This document shows, piece by piece, positions 63,827 to 64,000 of a stretch of 64,000 nucleotides of DNA. Made by a program: the position numbers and the translations under genes. The DNA lies in NCBI GenBank assembly GCA_903844735.1, contig CAIMUX010000047.1, forward strand, positions 107,862 through 171,861. Reading direction: 5' to 3'. A model generated the notes under the pieces. The model ran no database searches. It was not told the DNA's origin and saw only the letters and a program-made list of their open reading frames with translations. Source of the stretch: Candidatus Eiseniibacteriota bacterium (GTDB lineage: Bacteria > Eisenbacteria > RBG-16-71-46 > CAIMUX01). Numbering within the stretch: position 1 is the first letter of the stretch; every line of letters begins with the position of its first letter.

Positions 63827-64000
63827 GGAGCGATCTCATCGCCGGACCCCGTTTCCGCGGACGGAGAGCCGACATCCCTTGAAGACTGTTTCCTGCCCTG
63901 AAGATGTTCTCCTGGTACCTGTGTGGGAGAGATGAAGTGCAGTTCTGCTTGGTGATGCGACCCATAGGCTGGATCCTGGTGCCTTTCCGATCTTTCATGC

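Noticed and set aside
1-64000. Search for tRNA, rRNA, transposase/integrase, phage or recognisable defence-system genes (restriction-modification, CBASS, retron RT, Cas)
   Set aside because: No T-arm/acceptor signatures, rRNA-like conserved blocks, DDE/tyrosine-recombinase motifs, reverse-transcriptase YxDD, or nuclease/ATPase defence hallmarks were found in any credible ORF. The UvrD-like helicase has a full repair-type architecture rather than a defence-type fusion.

Overview
GC-rich (roughly two-thirds G+C by eye, not computed) chromosomal segment from a diderm bacterium. It is probably an uncultivated FCB-superphylum-like lineage; that is an inference from the FlgD-Ig/T9SS-type C-terminal tails and the GACC...PNPCP Cys modules. 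I call about 45 protein genes. I recognised no rRNA, tRNA, CRISPR array, transposase or integrase.

Layout:
- 1-11.6 kb: the conserved rpsB-tsf-pyrH-frr-uppS-cdsA-dxr block, running directly into a translationally coupled Omp85 (TamA/BamA-like) and TamB-like pair.
- 11.6-12.8 kb: a lower-GC gap with no credible long ORF.
- 12.8-33.3 kb: mostly housekeeping and repair genes. These are uvrD/pcrA-like, LarA-like, a methyltransferase, NUDIX, deoxyhypusine-synthase-like, tsaC, GT39-like, queG, nifU-like, nth, an ABC-2 exporter with a heparinase II/III-like lipoprotein, a family 4/5 UDG, and mpg.
- 33.3-39.4 kb: secreted, glycan-related proteins and a decayed antitoxin remnant.
- 39.7-49.4 kb: nitroreductase, DUF362, fba, a four-fold-repeat secreted protein, PBP4, DUF302, tsaD.
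- 49.6-58.9 kb: the most interesting locus. It encodes a secreted protein with four cohesin-like modules, a tandem-duplicated Ig-like/TPR lipoprotein, and two unrelated peptidases (subtilisin S8 and M6 InhA-like). Each peptidase carries a dockerin-like module and a FlgD-Ig-type tail. This looks like a cellulosome-style assembly with proteases as cargo. An orphan REC-GGDDF plus REC pair follows.
- The window ends with priA and a HAD hydrolase.

All family assignments come from motifs read by eye in the translations. No database search was run. Many start codons in this GC-rich DNA are uncertain.
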